Below are positions 38,219 to 48,093 of a DNA stretch of 64,000 nt, piece after piece. The position numbers and the translations under genes were made by a program. Position 1 is the first letter of the stretch, and each line of letters starts with the position of its first letter. The notes under the pieces were generated by a model that was given only the letters and a program-made list of their open reading frames with translations, made no database searches and had not been told where the DNA came from. This DNA is from Trueperaceae bacterium (GTDB taxonomy: Bacteria; Deinococcota; Deinococci; Deinococcales; Trueperaceae): positions 2,624,001 to 2,688,000 of the forward strand of contig OZ243956.1 of assembly GCA_965214405.1 (NCBI GenBank), read 5' to 3'.

Positions 38219-38331
38219 AAGACCATGTTACCGAGAATCGCCTGAACAATGAGCGGTTGCGACCCAGTTCGCCCCGACGCCAAACCGGAACGCCTTGCGT
38301 CTAGCGCATTCACGACGAGGTAAAGGCGTGG

Positions 38332-38478
38332 TTAAGTGCGCCTAATAAACCTTACCAGCAGGAGAATCACAGCGACGACCAGCAGAATCCAAATAAAGTT
38401 GCCGATGGTGTAGACGCCAACAATCCCCAGAAGCCACAAAATAATAAGAATGATGGCGATGATCTCGAGCACACCCAT
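38332..38478 (-). CDS. small 48-aa membrane protein (lmo0937-like), absent from the ORF track
   Basis: MGVLEIIAIILIILWLLGIVGVYTIGNFIWILLVVAVILLLVRFIRRT; AAGGAG RBS. Confidence 0.8.
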   Translation of the reverse strand: MGVLEIIAIILIILWLLGIVGVYTIGNFIWILLVVAVILLLVRFIRRT

Positions 38479-38636
38479 AAGCGCTTCTCCTTAGAAGGTA
38501 GTACACATCAAAGTTTGTAAACTCCATTACGTTTTTCAATGCCTCCTATATAATTCCTCATTCGAGTCACCTGAAAAGCAAGAGAAGTTACATTTTGTTT
38601 ATGATTCCGCCTCTGACGAACATAAATATTAAAGTT

Positions 38637-39746
38637 TCAGATCCCGGCCCTCTGGCTACGCCGGAGTCCCCCCGCCGCCACAACCAGAGAAAGCGTCAGG
38701 AGCACCGTAGAAAGCCCGAGCGCCCCCGCCGCGCCGCCCGCCACGTCCCCCGCCAAACCGCTCAGCGTCGGCCCCAGCGCCTGCCCGAACGCGAAGGTTG
38801 CGGTAGAGACCGCAAGCGCCCGCGCCCAGGCACCGGGGGGCAAGCGGTGCCTGATCACCTGCGTGATGGCGGTGACGACGCCCAGAAAAGAGATACCGAA
38901 CGCGAACGCCGAGAGTAGAGGCGCGTAAACGACCAGGGGGTAGAGGCTCGAGGCCGCCAGCACCACCAGCACATGCACAAGCCCCCGCGCCCCGCCCACG
39001 CGCTCCACCCACGCTCCCCAGGCCAGCCCCGTCAGCACCGCCCCTAGCCCGAGTACCGCCCAAAAGGGGCCGATGGGCGTCCCCAACCCCGTCGTCACAA
39101 AGGTCATGTAACCGATATAGCCCGCCCCGTAAAGCCCGTAAGACACGAGCAGCAGTTTGATAGGGCGCAAACTCCCTGCCGCGCCCACGGTGCGCGGCGC
39201 GGGTTCTGTGAGCCTTCGTAAAACCAGCAAACTCACCAGCGTCAGAGCGAGCGAGAGCGCCCCCAGCAGCGCCCACGCCTCCCCCCAATCCCCCGCAAGG
39301 GGCACTATGAGAGGCGACAGCAAGATACCGAGCCCCACCCCGCCAAAGTAAACGCCCGTCGCCAACCCGCGCCCGCCGCTCGCTAGGAGAAGCGCCGCGC
39401 CGCCCACGAACACAAACGCGCCCAGCGCACCCTGGACGAAGCGCAACGCGAAAAGAAGGGGAAAGGAAGCACTCACCGCGAGAAGCGCCAAACTAACCGC
39501 CTGGAGGAGCAGCGACGCGTAGAAGCCCCGGCGGTAGCCCAGCGCGTAGAGCACCCGGTGGCTCACAAGTGCGCCCACGAGGTAGCCCGCCGTGTTCGCA
39601 CTCCCTAAAAGCCCCGCCTGCGCGTAAGAGAGCCCCAGCGCCATCTGCATGTCCGGGAGCACGAGCGCGTAGGCGAAGCGGCCAATGCCCAGCGCCGCGC
39701 CGGGGCCGAAGCCTAAGAAGAAACCGAGAGAGAGACCGGAACGCAT
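38637..39746 (-). CDS. YbfB/YjiJ family MFS transporter
   Basis: GIGRFAYALVLPDM, GSANTAGYLVGA. Confidence 0.88.
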   Translation of the reverse strand: MRSGLSLGFFLGFGPGAALGIGRFAYALVLPDMQMALGLSYAQAGLLGSANTAGYLVGALVSHRVLYALGYRRGFYASLLLQAVSLALLAVSASFPLLFALRFVQGALGAFVFVGGAALLLASGGRGLATGVYFGGVGLGILLSPLIVPLAGDWGEAWALLGALSLALTLVSLLVLRRLTEPAPRTVGAAGSLRPIKLLLVSYGLYGAGYIGYMTFVTTGLGTPIGPFWAVLGLGAVLTGLAWGAWVERVGGARGLVHVLVVLAASSLYPLVVYAPLLSAFAFGISFLGVVTAITQVIRHRLPPGAWARALAVSTATFAFGQALGPTLSGLAGDVAGGAAGALGLSTVLLTLSLVVAAGGLRRSQRAGI

Positions 39747-39773
39747 CGTGAGATTGTACGTTGATATAAGTTC

Positions 39774-40238
39774 TTAAAGTTTTTTGGTCATAAACACGCT
39801 GTTCGGGTCGTCGGTGTAGTCGGCGAAGGGGCCTCGAGCCGCAAACCCGTACCGCGCGTACAAAGCCCTTGCCGGGGCAAACTCGGGCATCGCCCCCGTT
39901 TCCAGATTGAGAGAATCGTAAGCACGCCGCCTGGCTTCGTTGATGATGTGCTCGAGCAGCCTCGAGCCGACGCCCCTACCGCGGTGGGCGAGCACCGTAC
40001 GCATTGATTTGACTTCGCCGGTTTTTGAATCCAGTTCTTTTAACGCCCCGCAACCGAGCAGTTCGTCACCCTCCCAAACTGACCAAAAGGTGATGTCGGG
40101 CGAGCGCAAGCCTTCCAAAGGAAGCGCGTGGATACTTTCGGGCGGCGTGACGTCGTGCATGTTCTCGAGGTGCTCCCGGAGAAAGGCGATGATTTTCTCT
40201 CCTGTTAAGTCATCTTGACGGATCTGCAACCCACTCAC
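39774..40238 (-). CDS. GNAT N-acetyltransferase (YedL/YsnE-like)
   Basis: PPESIHAL, GEVKSMRT, RGRGVG, LETG, DPNSVFM. Confidence 0.9.
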   Translation of the reverse strand: MSGLQIRQDDLTGEKIIAFLREHLENMHDVTPPESIHALPLEGLRSPDITFWSVWEGDELLGCGALKELDSKTGEVKSMRTVLAHRGRGVGSRLLEHIINEARRRAYDSLNLETGAMPEFAPARALYARYGFAARGPFADYTDDPNSVFMTKKL

Positions 40239-40384
40239 CTCTTTTGTTTGTCAAATGATGTTCTAATTGAAAGCTCGCCTTTCATCTCAAAGCGCCTGCC
40301 CTCTTTAATCCCGAGAGTATAGCGCCCTCGGTAGAGCCGACACTCGAGTGAGACGCTAAAAAAGACGCTTCACAGGGAGAAACT

Positions 40385-41848
40385 TCACGAACGCGGCAAG
40401 CGCCAGAAGCGGCGGTCGAACACGATGAAGAGGGTGAGGATCTCGAGCCGCCCCGCGATCATGGCGAGGCTCAGGAGGAGCTGGCTTAGGGGATGAAGCG
40501 AACTGTAACTCTCCATCGGCCCCACCCCCGCCAGCCCCGGCCCGACATTGCCCAGGCAGGCGACGGCGGCGCTCAGCGCGGTGGTAAAGTCCGCGCCGAG
40601 CCAGGTGAGAATGAGGGTCAGCCCGGCGGTAAGCACCACGAACAGCGTGACAAACGCGGCCACGGCGCGCAGCACGTCTTCGGGCACGGCGACCCGGTCC
40701 AGATGGATCGGCACCACGGCGCGGGGATGGAGCGCGCGGCGGATTTCGCGGCGCGTGTTCTCGCCGATAATGAGCCAGCGTACAATCTTGACACCCCCCG
40801 CGGCGCTCCCCGCCGAGCCGCCGATAAACATGAGCGCCACCAAAATGCCCTGAGCGGACGCGGGCCACAGATTGTAGTCAACCGAGGCGTAGCCCGTGGT
40901 CGTGAGGATGCTGACGACCTGGAAAAAGCTGTGGCGCAAGCTTTCCAGAGGCCCGTAGGTGTGGCGCAACGCCACCGTGACCACGAGCGTCGCCAGAGCG
41001 ATGATAACGAGGTAGGCGCGAAACTCGCTGTTGCGCCAGAAAATCCCGATTCGCCCCCTCGAGGCGCGGATATAGAGCGCAAAAGAAACCCCCGCGAGCA
41101 GCATAAAGGTCATCGCCACCCACTCGACGCGGGGCGCGTAATCGACAAAACTTTCGGCCCTCGGACTAAAGCCCGCCGCCGAGACCGTCGTAAACGTGTG
41201 GGCCAGCGCGTCGTAAAAGGTCATGCCCGCAAGTCGGTAGGCAACCAAACAGAGCACGGTCAGGCTCCCGTACACCGCCATTACCGCCCCCGCGGTCTGC
41301 CGCAGCTTGGGCGTGAGCTTTTCTTCGGTCGGCCCGGTCATCTCGGCGAAAAAGAGCTGCCGTCCGGCGAGGGCGAACTGCGGCAGCACGATAATAAAGA
41401 GCACGATGATGCCGATGCCGCCCAGCCACTGCGACACCGCCCGGTAGATGAATAAGCTTGCCGGAAAGGTATCAAAGTGGTCGAGCGCCGTGGCCCCCGT
41501 GGCGGTAAAGCCGCTTGCCGATTCAAAAAGCGCGTTGACCAAACTCATCCCCCCGCCGAACCTGTAGGGCAGCGCGCCCACCACCGTCACCACCACCCAC
41601 AAAAGCGTCACCGCGATGAGCCCCTCGCGCCGCGTCGGCTGCGCGTTGCGGTGACCGAAAAAGAGGAGCGCACCCCCGAAACCGCCACCCAAAAGCGCCG
41701 CCAGCGCGTGCCCCCGAATGGGTTCATCCACAAGGAGCGCGTAAATCCCAAAAACGACGTTTAGGAGCGCCACCCCGAACAAGCCTACGCCCAAAACGTA
41801 GGGCGCAAACCGCCCCCGCGACCCCGCTGAGTTGCGCCGCAGGCTCAA
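40385..41848 (-). CDS. trkH: Trk system potassium uptake membrane protein
   Basis: FESASGFTATG, WLGGIG, TTTGY, GSAAGGVK, LGNVGPG, GRLE. Confidence 0.93.
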   Translation of the reverse strand: MSLRRNSAGSRGRFAPYVLGVGLFGVALLNVVFGIYALLVDEPIRGHALAALLGGGFGGALLFFGHRNAQPTRREGLIAVTLLWVVVTVVGALPYRFGGGMSLVNALFESASGFTATGATALDHFDTFPASLFIYRAVSQWLGGIGIIVLFIIVLPQFALAGRQLFFAEMTGPTEEKLTPKLRQTAGAVMAVYGSLTVLCLVAYRLAGMTFYDALAHTFTTVSAAGFSPRAESFVDYAPRVEWVAMTFMLLAGVSFALYIRASRGRIGIFWRNSEFRAYLVIIALATLVVTVALRHTYGPLESLRHSFFQVVSILTTTGYASVDYNLWPASAQGILVALMFIGGSAGSAAGGVKIVRWLIIGENTRREIRRALHPRAVVPIHLDRVAVPEDVLRAVAAFVTLFVVLTAGLTLILTWLGADFTTALSAAVACLGNVGPGLAGVGPMESYSSLHPLSQLLLSLAMIAGRLEILTLFIVFDRRFWRLPRS

Positions 41849-41973
41849 AGAACCTGAGGCTCTTTGAGGTTTTGCGCCTTGTTTTTGTTGATAATGGTCA
41901 CATTGTGCGGGTGGTGGAGCGCCCCGGAAGCCTGCAAAAGGGTTTCACCACCGCCTAGAATCACTGTATTCAT
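41845..41973 (-). pseudogene. trkA: trkA remnant (42-aa mini-ORF)
   Basis: MNTVILGGGETLLQASGALHHPHNVTIINKNK resembles the TrkA-N Rossmann start; TATGCT 6 nt before ATG; its TGA overlaps the trkH TTG. Confidence 0.65.
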
Positions 41974-42081
41974 GGGTAAAGCATACGACAAAGCGCACTC
42001 TTGCGATAACCTTCGTGGTGGAGGGGCTGTGGGGCTCGAGCCTCAGTTTACTGTTCTTGTCCTTGGTGCTAAAATTGTTTA

Positions 42082-42357
42082 GTGCTGCAGTTCGAGTGGG
42101 ACCCAAACAAAGCCCAAGGTAACGCCGAGAAGCACGGTGTTTCATTTAGAGAGGCGGCGACGGTGTTTGGCGACCCACTTTCGTATACCTTTGACGACTC
42201 CAACCATTCGGATGAGGAACTTCGTTTTTTGACGGTTGGCCTTGCTATTACGGGCAAGCTGCTTGTCGTTTCGCATACCGACCGAGGGGGCAAAATCCGT
42301 ATCATAAGCGCACGTGAACTGACCAAACGAGAACGAGAATTTTATAGAGGAGGCTAA
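42082..42357 (+). CDS. brnT: BrnT family toxin
   Basis: FEWDPNKAQGNAEKHGVSF.EA..VF.D, IRIISAR. Confidence 0.92.
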   Translation: MLQFEWDPNKAQGNAEKHGVSFREAATVFGDPLSYTFDDSNHSDEELRFLTVGLAITGKLLVVSHTDRGGKIRIISARELTKREREFYRGG

Positions 42358-42358
42358 C

Positions 42359-42571
42359 GTGGCAGACGACGTAAAACCGGAGTACGATTTTTCCAAACTG
42401 GGCGAACCTGTAAGGGGTAAATACGCTGAAGCGTACAAACAAGGCAGTAACTTGGTTCTGTTAGATGAAGACGTTGCAAAAGTCTTTCCAAACGAGAGAG
42501 CCGTAAACGAAGCCTTGCGTCTGCTTATGATGTTGGCGAAGCAGCAGGTAAGTGCCGCTACTGAGGCTTGA
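42359..42571 (+). CDS. BrnA-like antitoxin
   Basis: EYDFS....VRGKY...VLLDEDVAKVF.....VNEALR. Confidence 0.85.
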   Translation: MADDVKPEYDFSKLGEPVRGKYAEAYKQGSNLVLLDEDVAKVFPNERAVNEALRLLMMLAKQQVSAATEA

Positions 42572-42594
42572 CTGTTGGTAAAGAAGAGGATCAT

Positions 42595-42777
42595 ATGAGC
42601 AGGGAAACTGACGACACCCTGCGCGATAACTATGATTTTTCAGAGGGCGTGAGAGGAAAATACCGTCACTTTATCGGTCAGGCGCACACGCTTAAAATTC
42701 GTCACCATGATGGTTCGGTGACGGTTGAAACGGTTGCGCCTGCTACCGCGTCAGACCCGGCTGAAACTGATTCATGA
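42595..42777 (+). CDS. second, shorter BrnA-like antitoxin homolog
   Basis: LRDNYDFSEGVRGKY shares the YDFS..VRGKY motif; GAGG RBS. Confidence 0.6.
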   Translation: MSRETDDTLRDNYDFSEGVRGKYRHFIGQAHTLKIRHHDGSVTVETVAPATASDPAETDS

Positions 42778-42808
42778 AACGCCCCACTTTTGGATACTTG
42801 GTTGCGAC

Positions 42809-43210
42809 ATGAACGGTGCAGCAGGGGCTTTAATAAAAAATAGCTTGGGCGAAATTCTTATCGTCAAACCCAACTACAGAGACGGCTGGTTGCTCCCAGG
42901 TGGCGTCATCGAACCGGGCGAATCACCCAAGGAAGTGTGCAGGCGCGAGTGTAAAGAAGAGCTTGGCTTAGATGTGCAGGTGGGTAGACTTCTTTGCCTT
43001 GAGTACCGCCGAGCTACGATGGTTGATAACGAAACGACGAGATTTGTTTTTGACTGTGGAACCGTTTTGGAGAAGTTTAGCCTTCAAGAAGAGGAACTCG
43101 AGGCTTACAAGTTCACTCCGTTAGAAAACGCGTTGGGTTTGGTAGACGCGCCAACCGTTCGGAGACTGCGGCTAATTCAAGAGGGTAAGCATGTGTATTT
43201 TGAATCCTGA
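42809..43210 (+). CDS. NUDIX hydrolase
   Basis: LPGGVIEPGESPKEVCRRECKEELG Nudix box. Confidence 0.9.
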   Translation: MNGAAGALIKNSLGEILIVKPNYRDGWLLPGGVIEPGESPKEVCRRECKEELGLDVQVGRLLCLEYRRATMVDNETTRFVFDCGTVLEKFSLQEEELEAYKFTPLENALGLVDAPTVRRLRLIQEGKHVYFES

Positions 43211-43289
43211 TGCGAAAGCGCCGCTGTTCTCGAGCTTAGTCCGTTACACCTTACCGTCAGATTCTCACATGAGGTTTAAGGTTTAGCCT

Positions 43290-44030
43290 ATGTCAATCAC
43301 CTCCGAAGATGAGCTGCAAGGGATGCAAAGAGCGGCGGAAGTCGTGAAAGACGCTTTGGCTGCGATGCAAAAGGCCATCGAACCCGGCACCACAACAAAT
43401 GAACTGAACAAAATCTGCGGCCAAGTGTTTGCAAGATACGGTGCGGTGTCAGCCCCCCTCATAACTTACGGAGCCCCTGTCAACGCTTTCGTCTCGGTAA
43501 ATGATGTTGTTGTTCACGGCTTGCCAAACGAGCGCAAGTTACAGGCAAATGACGTGGTGAAAATAGATGTCACTCCCATCATGAACGGTTTTATCGCCGA
43601 CGCGGCAAGAACCATTGTCGTACCTCCTGCTTCAAAAGCCGCAAAAAGGCTTGTTGAATGTGCGGAGTCCGCTTTTTGGGCGGCGATGAACGTGACACAA
43701 GCAGGTAAGCCTCTAAATGGGATTGGAAGAGTTGTTGAGCGCGAGGTGAAGAAGCGTGGCTTTAGCGTGATTCACGGTCTGGCAGGACACGGTGTAGGAC
43801 GTAGCATCCACGAAGAACCCGAGGTCTTGAACTTTTATCATCCCAAATTTCGACAGCCTCTCACCGATAACCTTGTGCTCGCTATAGAACCTATGGTTGC
43901 AGCAGGACGCAGGTACGTAATGCAAGATAAAGACGGCTGGTCAATCGCTACCCAAGACGGGAGCGTTACTGCTCACTATGAAAACACTGTGATAGTCCAA
44001 AAGGGTAAGCCTCTTGTACTCACGGCGTAG
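43290..44030 (+). CDS. map: type I methionyl aminopeptidase
   Basis: SVNDVVVHGLP, KIDV, ADAART, GHGVG..IHEEP, AIEPM, AHYENT. Confidence 0.93.
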   Translation: MSITSEDELQGMQRAAEVVKDALAAMQKAIEPGTTTNELNKICGQVFARYGAVSAPLITYGAPVNAFVSVNDVVVHGLPNERKLQANDVVKIDVTPIMNGFIADAARTIVVPPASKAAKRLVECAESAFWAAMNVTQAGKPLNGIGRVVEREVKKRGFSVIHGLAGHGVGRSIHEEPEVLNFYHPKFRQPLTDNLVLAIEPMVAAGRRYVMQDKDGWSIATQDGSVTAHYENTVIVQKGKPLVLTA

Positions 44031-44259
44031 CTAGGCGATGTAAAGAATTTGGGCTTTTATGATTTTCTCCGTCTTTGCCGACAATGAACTGATTGGTACG
44101 ACTCAGCTCGAGGGTGGCGACCCTCCTATGGGTGTTGCTTTCGGCATGATGATTCCGTGTGACGCCTACACGAAGTACCGAAGCTTTTTTACTAGCCAAG
44201 ACGAAAATGCTATTGGACAGCTAAACCTCTACGTCATGTCTGAGAGTGGCGAGAAACTA

Positions 44260-45179
44260 GGGTCTGTCTGACAGAAGGGATGAAGATGGTTTAGGGTAGG
44301 CGTATGGCACGAACAGACCTAAAAGAGCAGCAGTGGCAAGCACTAAAACCGCATCTACCCCCCAATCCCCAACGGGGTCACAACTACCGCAACCACCGAC
44401 AGGTCATCAACGGCATTTCGTGGCGCTTGAAAACAGGCGCTCCCTGGCGCGACGTTCCTGAACGCTACGGACCTTGGCAGACCTGCTGGGACCGCTTCAC
44501 GAGGTGGGAGCGCAACGGTGTCTGGAAGCGCATCCTGCACAGGCTTCAAGCTCACGCCGATGCGGCGGGTGAGATTGATTGGGACGGCGCAGCGTTAGAC
44601 AGCTCTCATATTAAAGCGCACCGCAGCGCCAGCGGGGCGAGGAAGCGGCCTGCTGAGGGTGAAAAAAGGGGACCTTAGCAGACGAGTGGCTGGGACACTC
44701 ACGCGGAGGCCACACCAGCAAGGTGCATACCTGCGCGGACGGCAAAGTGCGACCCCTGTCCGTGGTCATCACGGCGGGACAGCGCAACGACGCCGCTTGG
44801 CTAGAGCCGGTCTTGGACGAGATTTATGTGCCCCGCCTTGGCAGAGGGCGACCGCGTAAGCGCCCCCCTCAGCTTAGACTCGACCGCGCTTATGGTTTCA
44901 ACAAGCAGCGGAAGATACTAAGGCGCAGGGGCATCATCTGTATCAGCCCCGAGCGCGAAGATGCCAAGAAGTCTCGCTTGTCTAAGGGCACAAAAGGTGG
45001 ACGACCTCCTGCTTTCGATAAGCAAGCCTACAAAGGACGTAACGTGGTCGAACGCTGCATCAACCGACTTAAAGACTTTCGCGCCGTTGCCACCCGCTAC
45101 GACAAACGCGGCAGAAACTACCGTGCTGGTGTGCTCCTCGCCTCCATCATCCTCTGGCTTTGATTAGTCAGACAGACCC
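44260..45179 (+). mobile_element. IS5-family (IS427-group-like) element, 920 bp
   Basis: Perfect IRs GGGTCTGTCTGAC / GTCAGACAGACCC; TA duplication within a CTAG target. Confidence 0.92.
44304..45163 (+). CDS. IS5 transposase in two frames joined by a -1 shift near AAAAAAG (44662-44668)
   Basis: orf[18 protein letters not shown]; -1 frame gives [13 protein letters not shown] ... DRAY ... [23 protein letters not shown]. Confidence 0.88.
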
Positions 45180-45381
45180 TAGAGCCCTGTAGCGGCATCG
45201 GCATTTTAGACCATTCAGAAGAAGCTGGTGAAGTCATGATTGTGGTGAATGTTTTAGGTTTAGATTCAGACTTGTACCAGAAGTATTTTGCTCACCACAT
45301 TTGAGGCATAAGCTTTCTCGAGTACCCACGCCCTCACCCCCCTCTAAACCCAACCACCCCTCCAAGCGGTATCATGTCCCT

Positions 45382-47901
45382 ATGACCCTCAAGGGCGAAG
45401 GCAAAGGCCCCCTCCCACCGCTGCTGGTCCAGTACGTCGAACTGCGCGAGGCGTACCCCGACTACCTGCTGCTGTTCCAGGTGGGCGACTTTTACGAGTG
45501 TTTTGGTGAGGACGCAGAAAAGCTTGCCCGGACGATGGGAATTGTGCTAACCCACAAGACGAGCAACCACTTCACCACGCCGATGGCGGGAATCCCGATA
45601 CGGAGCGCGGACGGCTACATCGAGCGGCTGTTGGACTTGGGCGTGCGCGTGGCGGTGGCGGACCAGGTCGAGAACCCGGCGGTGGCCGACGGGCTAGTCA
45701 AGCGCGACGTGACCCAGCTCATGACGCCGGGCACCGTGACGGATGAACGCCTCTTACGCCCCGACGCGAACTATCTGGCGGCGGTGGCGACGGGCGAGGG
45801 CTACGGGGTGGCCTTTTTGGACGTGACCACGGGCGAGTTCCGGGGCACGCACCTGTGGGCGAAGCGTTCGCTCTACGACGAGCTGGGGCGCTACCGCCCG
45901 GCGGAGGTCTTGCTGGCCCCCGAGCTGTGCGAGCAAGACGAGTTCCGGGAGGGGTTCTGCAAGCGTTTCCCGGTGATGCTGACGCAGGGGCGCTTTGAGG
46001 CACAGACGGTGAAGAGGACGCTGCTCGAGCAGTTTGGCACCATACCGGGCGGGCTCGAGAAAGATGCTCTACAACGCGCGGCGGGCGCGGTGCTGTCGTA
46101 CGCGCTCGAGACCCAGCGCGGTCACCTGCCCCAAGTCACGCGCTTTTTGCCCTACGACCCCGGCGCGTATATGCAGTTAGACGATGTGTCTTTAGCAACC
46201 TTGGAAGTCTTCGAGTCCGCGATGGGCGACGACACACGCACCCTTTTTTGTGTGTTGGACGAAACACGCACCGCGCCGGGGCGGCGGCTCCTGCGGGCCT
46301 GGCTGCGTCACCCGCTTTTAGACAAAACGCTCATCGAGGGCCGCTTGGACGCCGTCGAGGCGTTCGTCCGCGACGTGACGCTGCGGCGCGAGGTGCGTAA
46401 AAGCCTCTATAGGATGCACGATTTGGAACGTCTCGCCACCCGTCTTGCTTCAGGAGGGGCGAGTGCGAGGGACTTAGCGGCCTTGGCGCGTTCTCTGTCG
46501 CTCGTGCCGGGGCTTAGGGGGGCGCTCGAGGGGCGCTCCGAACACGCCTTGGGCGGACTCGGCGAGCGTATGGGCGACCTCTCCGAGGTGCAGGCGCGCG
46601 TGGCGGCGGCCCTGGTGGAGGACCCGCCTCTTAAAGTAACCGATGGCGGCCTTATCCGTGACGGCTTCGACGGCGACTTGGACGCCCTAAGAGCCGAGGG
46701 GGAGGCGGGCCGCGCTTGGCTCGCCGCGTTGGAGGCCGAAGAGCGCGAGCAGACGGGCATCCCAACCTTAAAAATCGGCTTTAACAACGTGTTCGGTTAT
46801 TACTTGGAAGTCACTCGACCTTATTACGACGCCGTTCCTGAGACTTACCGCGCGGTGCAGACCTTGAAAGACCGCCAACGCTACACCCGGAGCGACCTGC
46901 GCGAGCGCGAGCGGGCCATCCTGCGCGCTGAAGAGGCTGCTAAGGGACGCGAGTACGAGGTTTTTTGCGCCTTGCGCGCCGAACTCGCCCCCTGCGCCGA
47001 GGCGGTGCGCGAACTCGGCGCGGCCCTGGCCGAACTCGACGTGTACGCCGGTCTCGCGGAGGTGGCGACGCAGGGGGGCTACTGCCGCCCGGTATTAACG
47101 GATGACCATGCGCTCGAGATAGAAGCAGGACGCCATCCGGTGGTTGAGCGTTTTCACACCTTCATCCCCAATAGCACCTCGCTGGGCGCTTATGAGCGTT
47201 TCACCCTCCTCACCGGTCCTAACATGAGCGGCAAATCTACGTACTTGCGGCAAAACGCGCTCATCGCGCTTCTTGCCCAGGTCGGCTCCTTCGTGCCCGC
47301 CGAACAGGCGACGCTGCCCCTTTTCGAGCGCATCTACACCCGCATCGGCGCATCGGACGATATCGCGGGCGGGCGCAGCACTTTTATGGTCGAGATGGAC
47401 GAGCTCGCACGCATCTTGCAGAACGCGGGACCCAAAAGTTTGGTGCTTTTGGACGAAATAGGCCGCGGCACGAGCACGTACGACGGCCTCGCGCTCGCTT
47501 GGGCCGCGTCGGAGTACCTGCACGACTGCGTAAAGGCTTACACGCTCTTCGCCACGCATTATTTTGAGCTCACGGGCCTGGCGAGCCGACTCGCGGCGGC
47601 GCGTAACTATCATGTGGCCGCCAAGGAGGAGGCGGGCGGGCTGGTGTTTTATCACCAGGTCCTGCCGGGTCCAGCGAGCAAGGCGTATGGGTTGGAAGTC
47701 GCCAAACTCGCAGGGGTGCCCGCGGAAGTCTTGACTAGAGCTCGTGCGGTCATGGCCGGGCTCGAGTCCACCCAAAACGACCTCGCCAAAGAGGTTCTGG
47801 ACGCGCTTTTGTCCCAAGACGTGAGTCGTTTGTCGCCCCTCGAGGCGCTCACCCTGCTCCACCGCCTCCAGGAGCGGGCCAGGGGGATGGTTGCTTCTTG
47901 A
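45382..47901 (+). CDS. mutS: DNA mismatch repair protein MutS
   Basis: FQVGDFYE, TGPNMSGKSTYLRQ, STFMVEM, DEIGRGTST; TATCAT 6 nt before ATG. Confidence 0.97.
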   Translation: MTLKGEGKGPLPPLLVQYVELREAYPDYLLLFQVGDFYECFGEDAEKLARTMGIVLTHKTSNHFTTPMAGIPIRSADGYIERLLDLGVRVAVADQVENPAVADGLVKRDVTQLMTPGTVTDERLLRPDANYLAAVATGEGYGVAFLDVTTGEFRGTHLWAKRSLYDELGRYRPAEVLLAPELCEQDEFREGFCKRFPVMLTQGRFEAQTVKRTLLEQFGTIPGGLEKDALQRAAGAVLSYALETQRGHLPQVTRFLPYDPGAYMQLDDVSLATLEVFESAMGDDTRTLFCVLDETRTAPGRRLLRAWLRHPLLDKTLIEGRLDAVEAFVRDVTLRREVRKSLYRMHDLERLATRLASGGASARDLAALARSLSLVPGLRGALEGRSEHALGGLGERMGDLSEVQARVAAALVEDPPLKVTDGGLIRDGFDGDLDALRAEGEAGRAWLAALEAEEREQTGIPTLKIGFNNVFGYYLEVTRPYYDAVPETYRAVQTLKDRQRYTRSDLRERERAILRAEEAAKGREYEVFCALRAELAPCAEAVRELGAALAELDVYAGLAEVATQGGYCRPVLTDDHALEIEAGRHPVVERFHTFIPNSTSLGAYERFTLLTGPNMSGKSTYLRQNALIALLAQVGSFVPAEQATLPLFERIYTRIGASDDIAGGRSTFMVEMDELARILQNAGPKSLVLLDEIGRGTSTYDGLALAWAASEYLHDCVKAYTLFATHYFELTGLASRLAAARNYHVAAKEEAGGLVFYHQVLPGPASKAYGLEVAKLAGVPAEVLTRARAVMAGLESTQNDLAKEVLDALLSQDVSRLSPLEALTLLHRLQERARGMVAS

Positions 47902-47947
47902 GTTATGGCTAAAGGGCATCTGAAAAAGGCTCGAGTTCCTACCAGAG

Positions 47948-48047
47948 CCCCCCTTGTCAAGGGGGGTTGGGGGGATTTATTTCTGACCGGCTTTACGGCA
48001 GGGTGGCAGAAGCAAATCCCCCCTCAGTCCCCCCTTATTAAGGGGGG
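47948..48047. repeat. REP/MITE-like element with terminal palindromes
   Basis: CCCCCCTTGTCAAGGGGGG-TTGGGGGGATTT ... AAATCCCCCCTCAGT-CCCCCCTTATTAAGGGGGG. Confidence 0.65.
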
Positions 48048-48093
48048 AGGTAATAGATGTTCAACAGAACATGACCCATTTAGAGGTTAGCTC

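Larger units (their letters stand above)
44059..45304 (+). pseudogene. hypothetical gene interrupted by the IS5 element
   Basis: ...SESGEKL | EPCSGIGILDH...FAHHI* rejoins in frame once the IS and one TA are removed. Confidence 0.8.

Noticed and set aside
41870..42060. c-di-AMP (ydaO) riboswitch upstream of trkH
   Set aside because: No recognisable ydaO conserved motifs; the region is better explained by the trkA remnant
43211..43289. GAGCTTAGTCCGTTACAC resembling an attC right end
   Set aside because: No RYYYAAC/L'' partner or pairing arm found upstream
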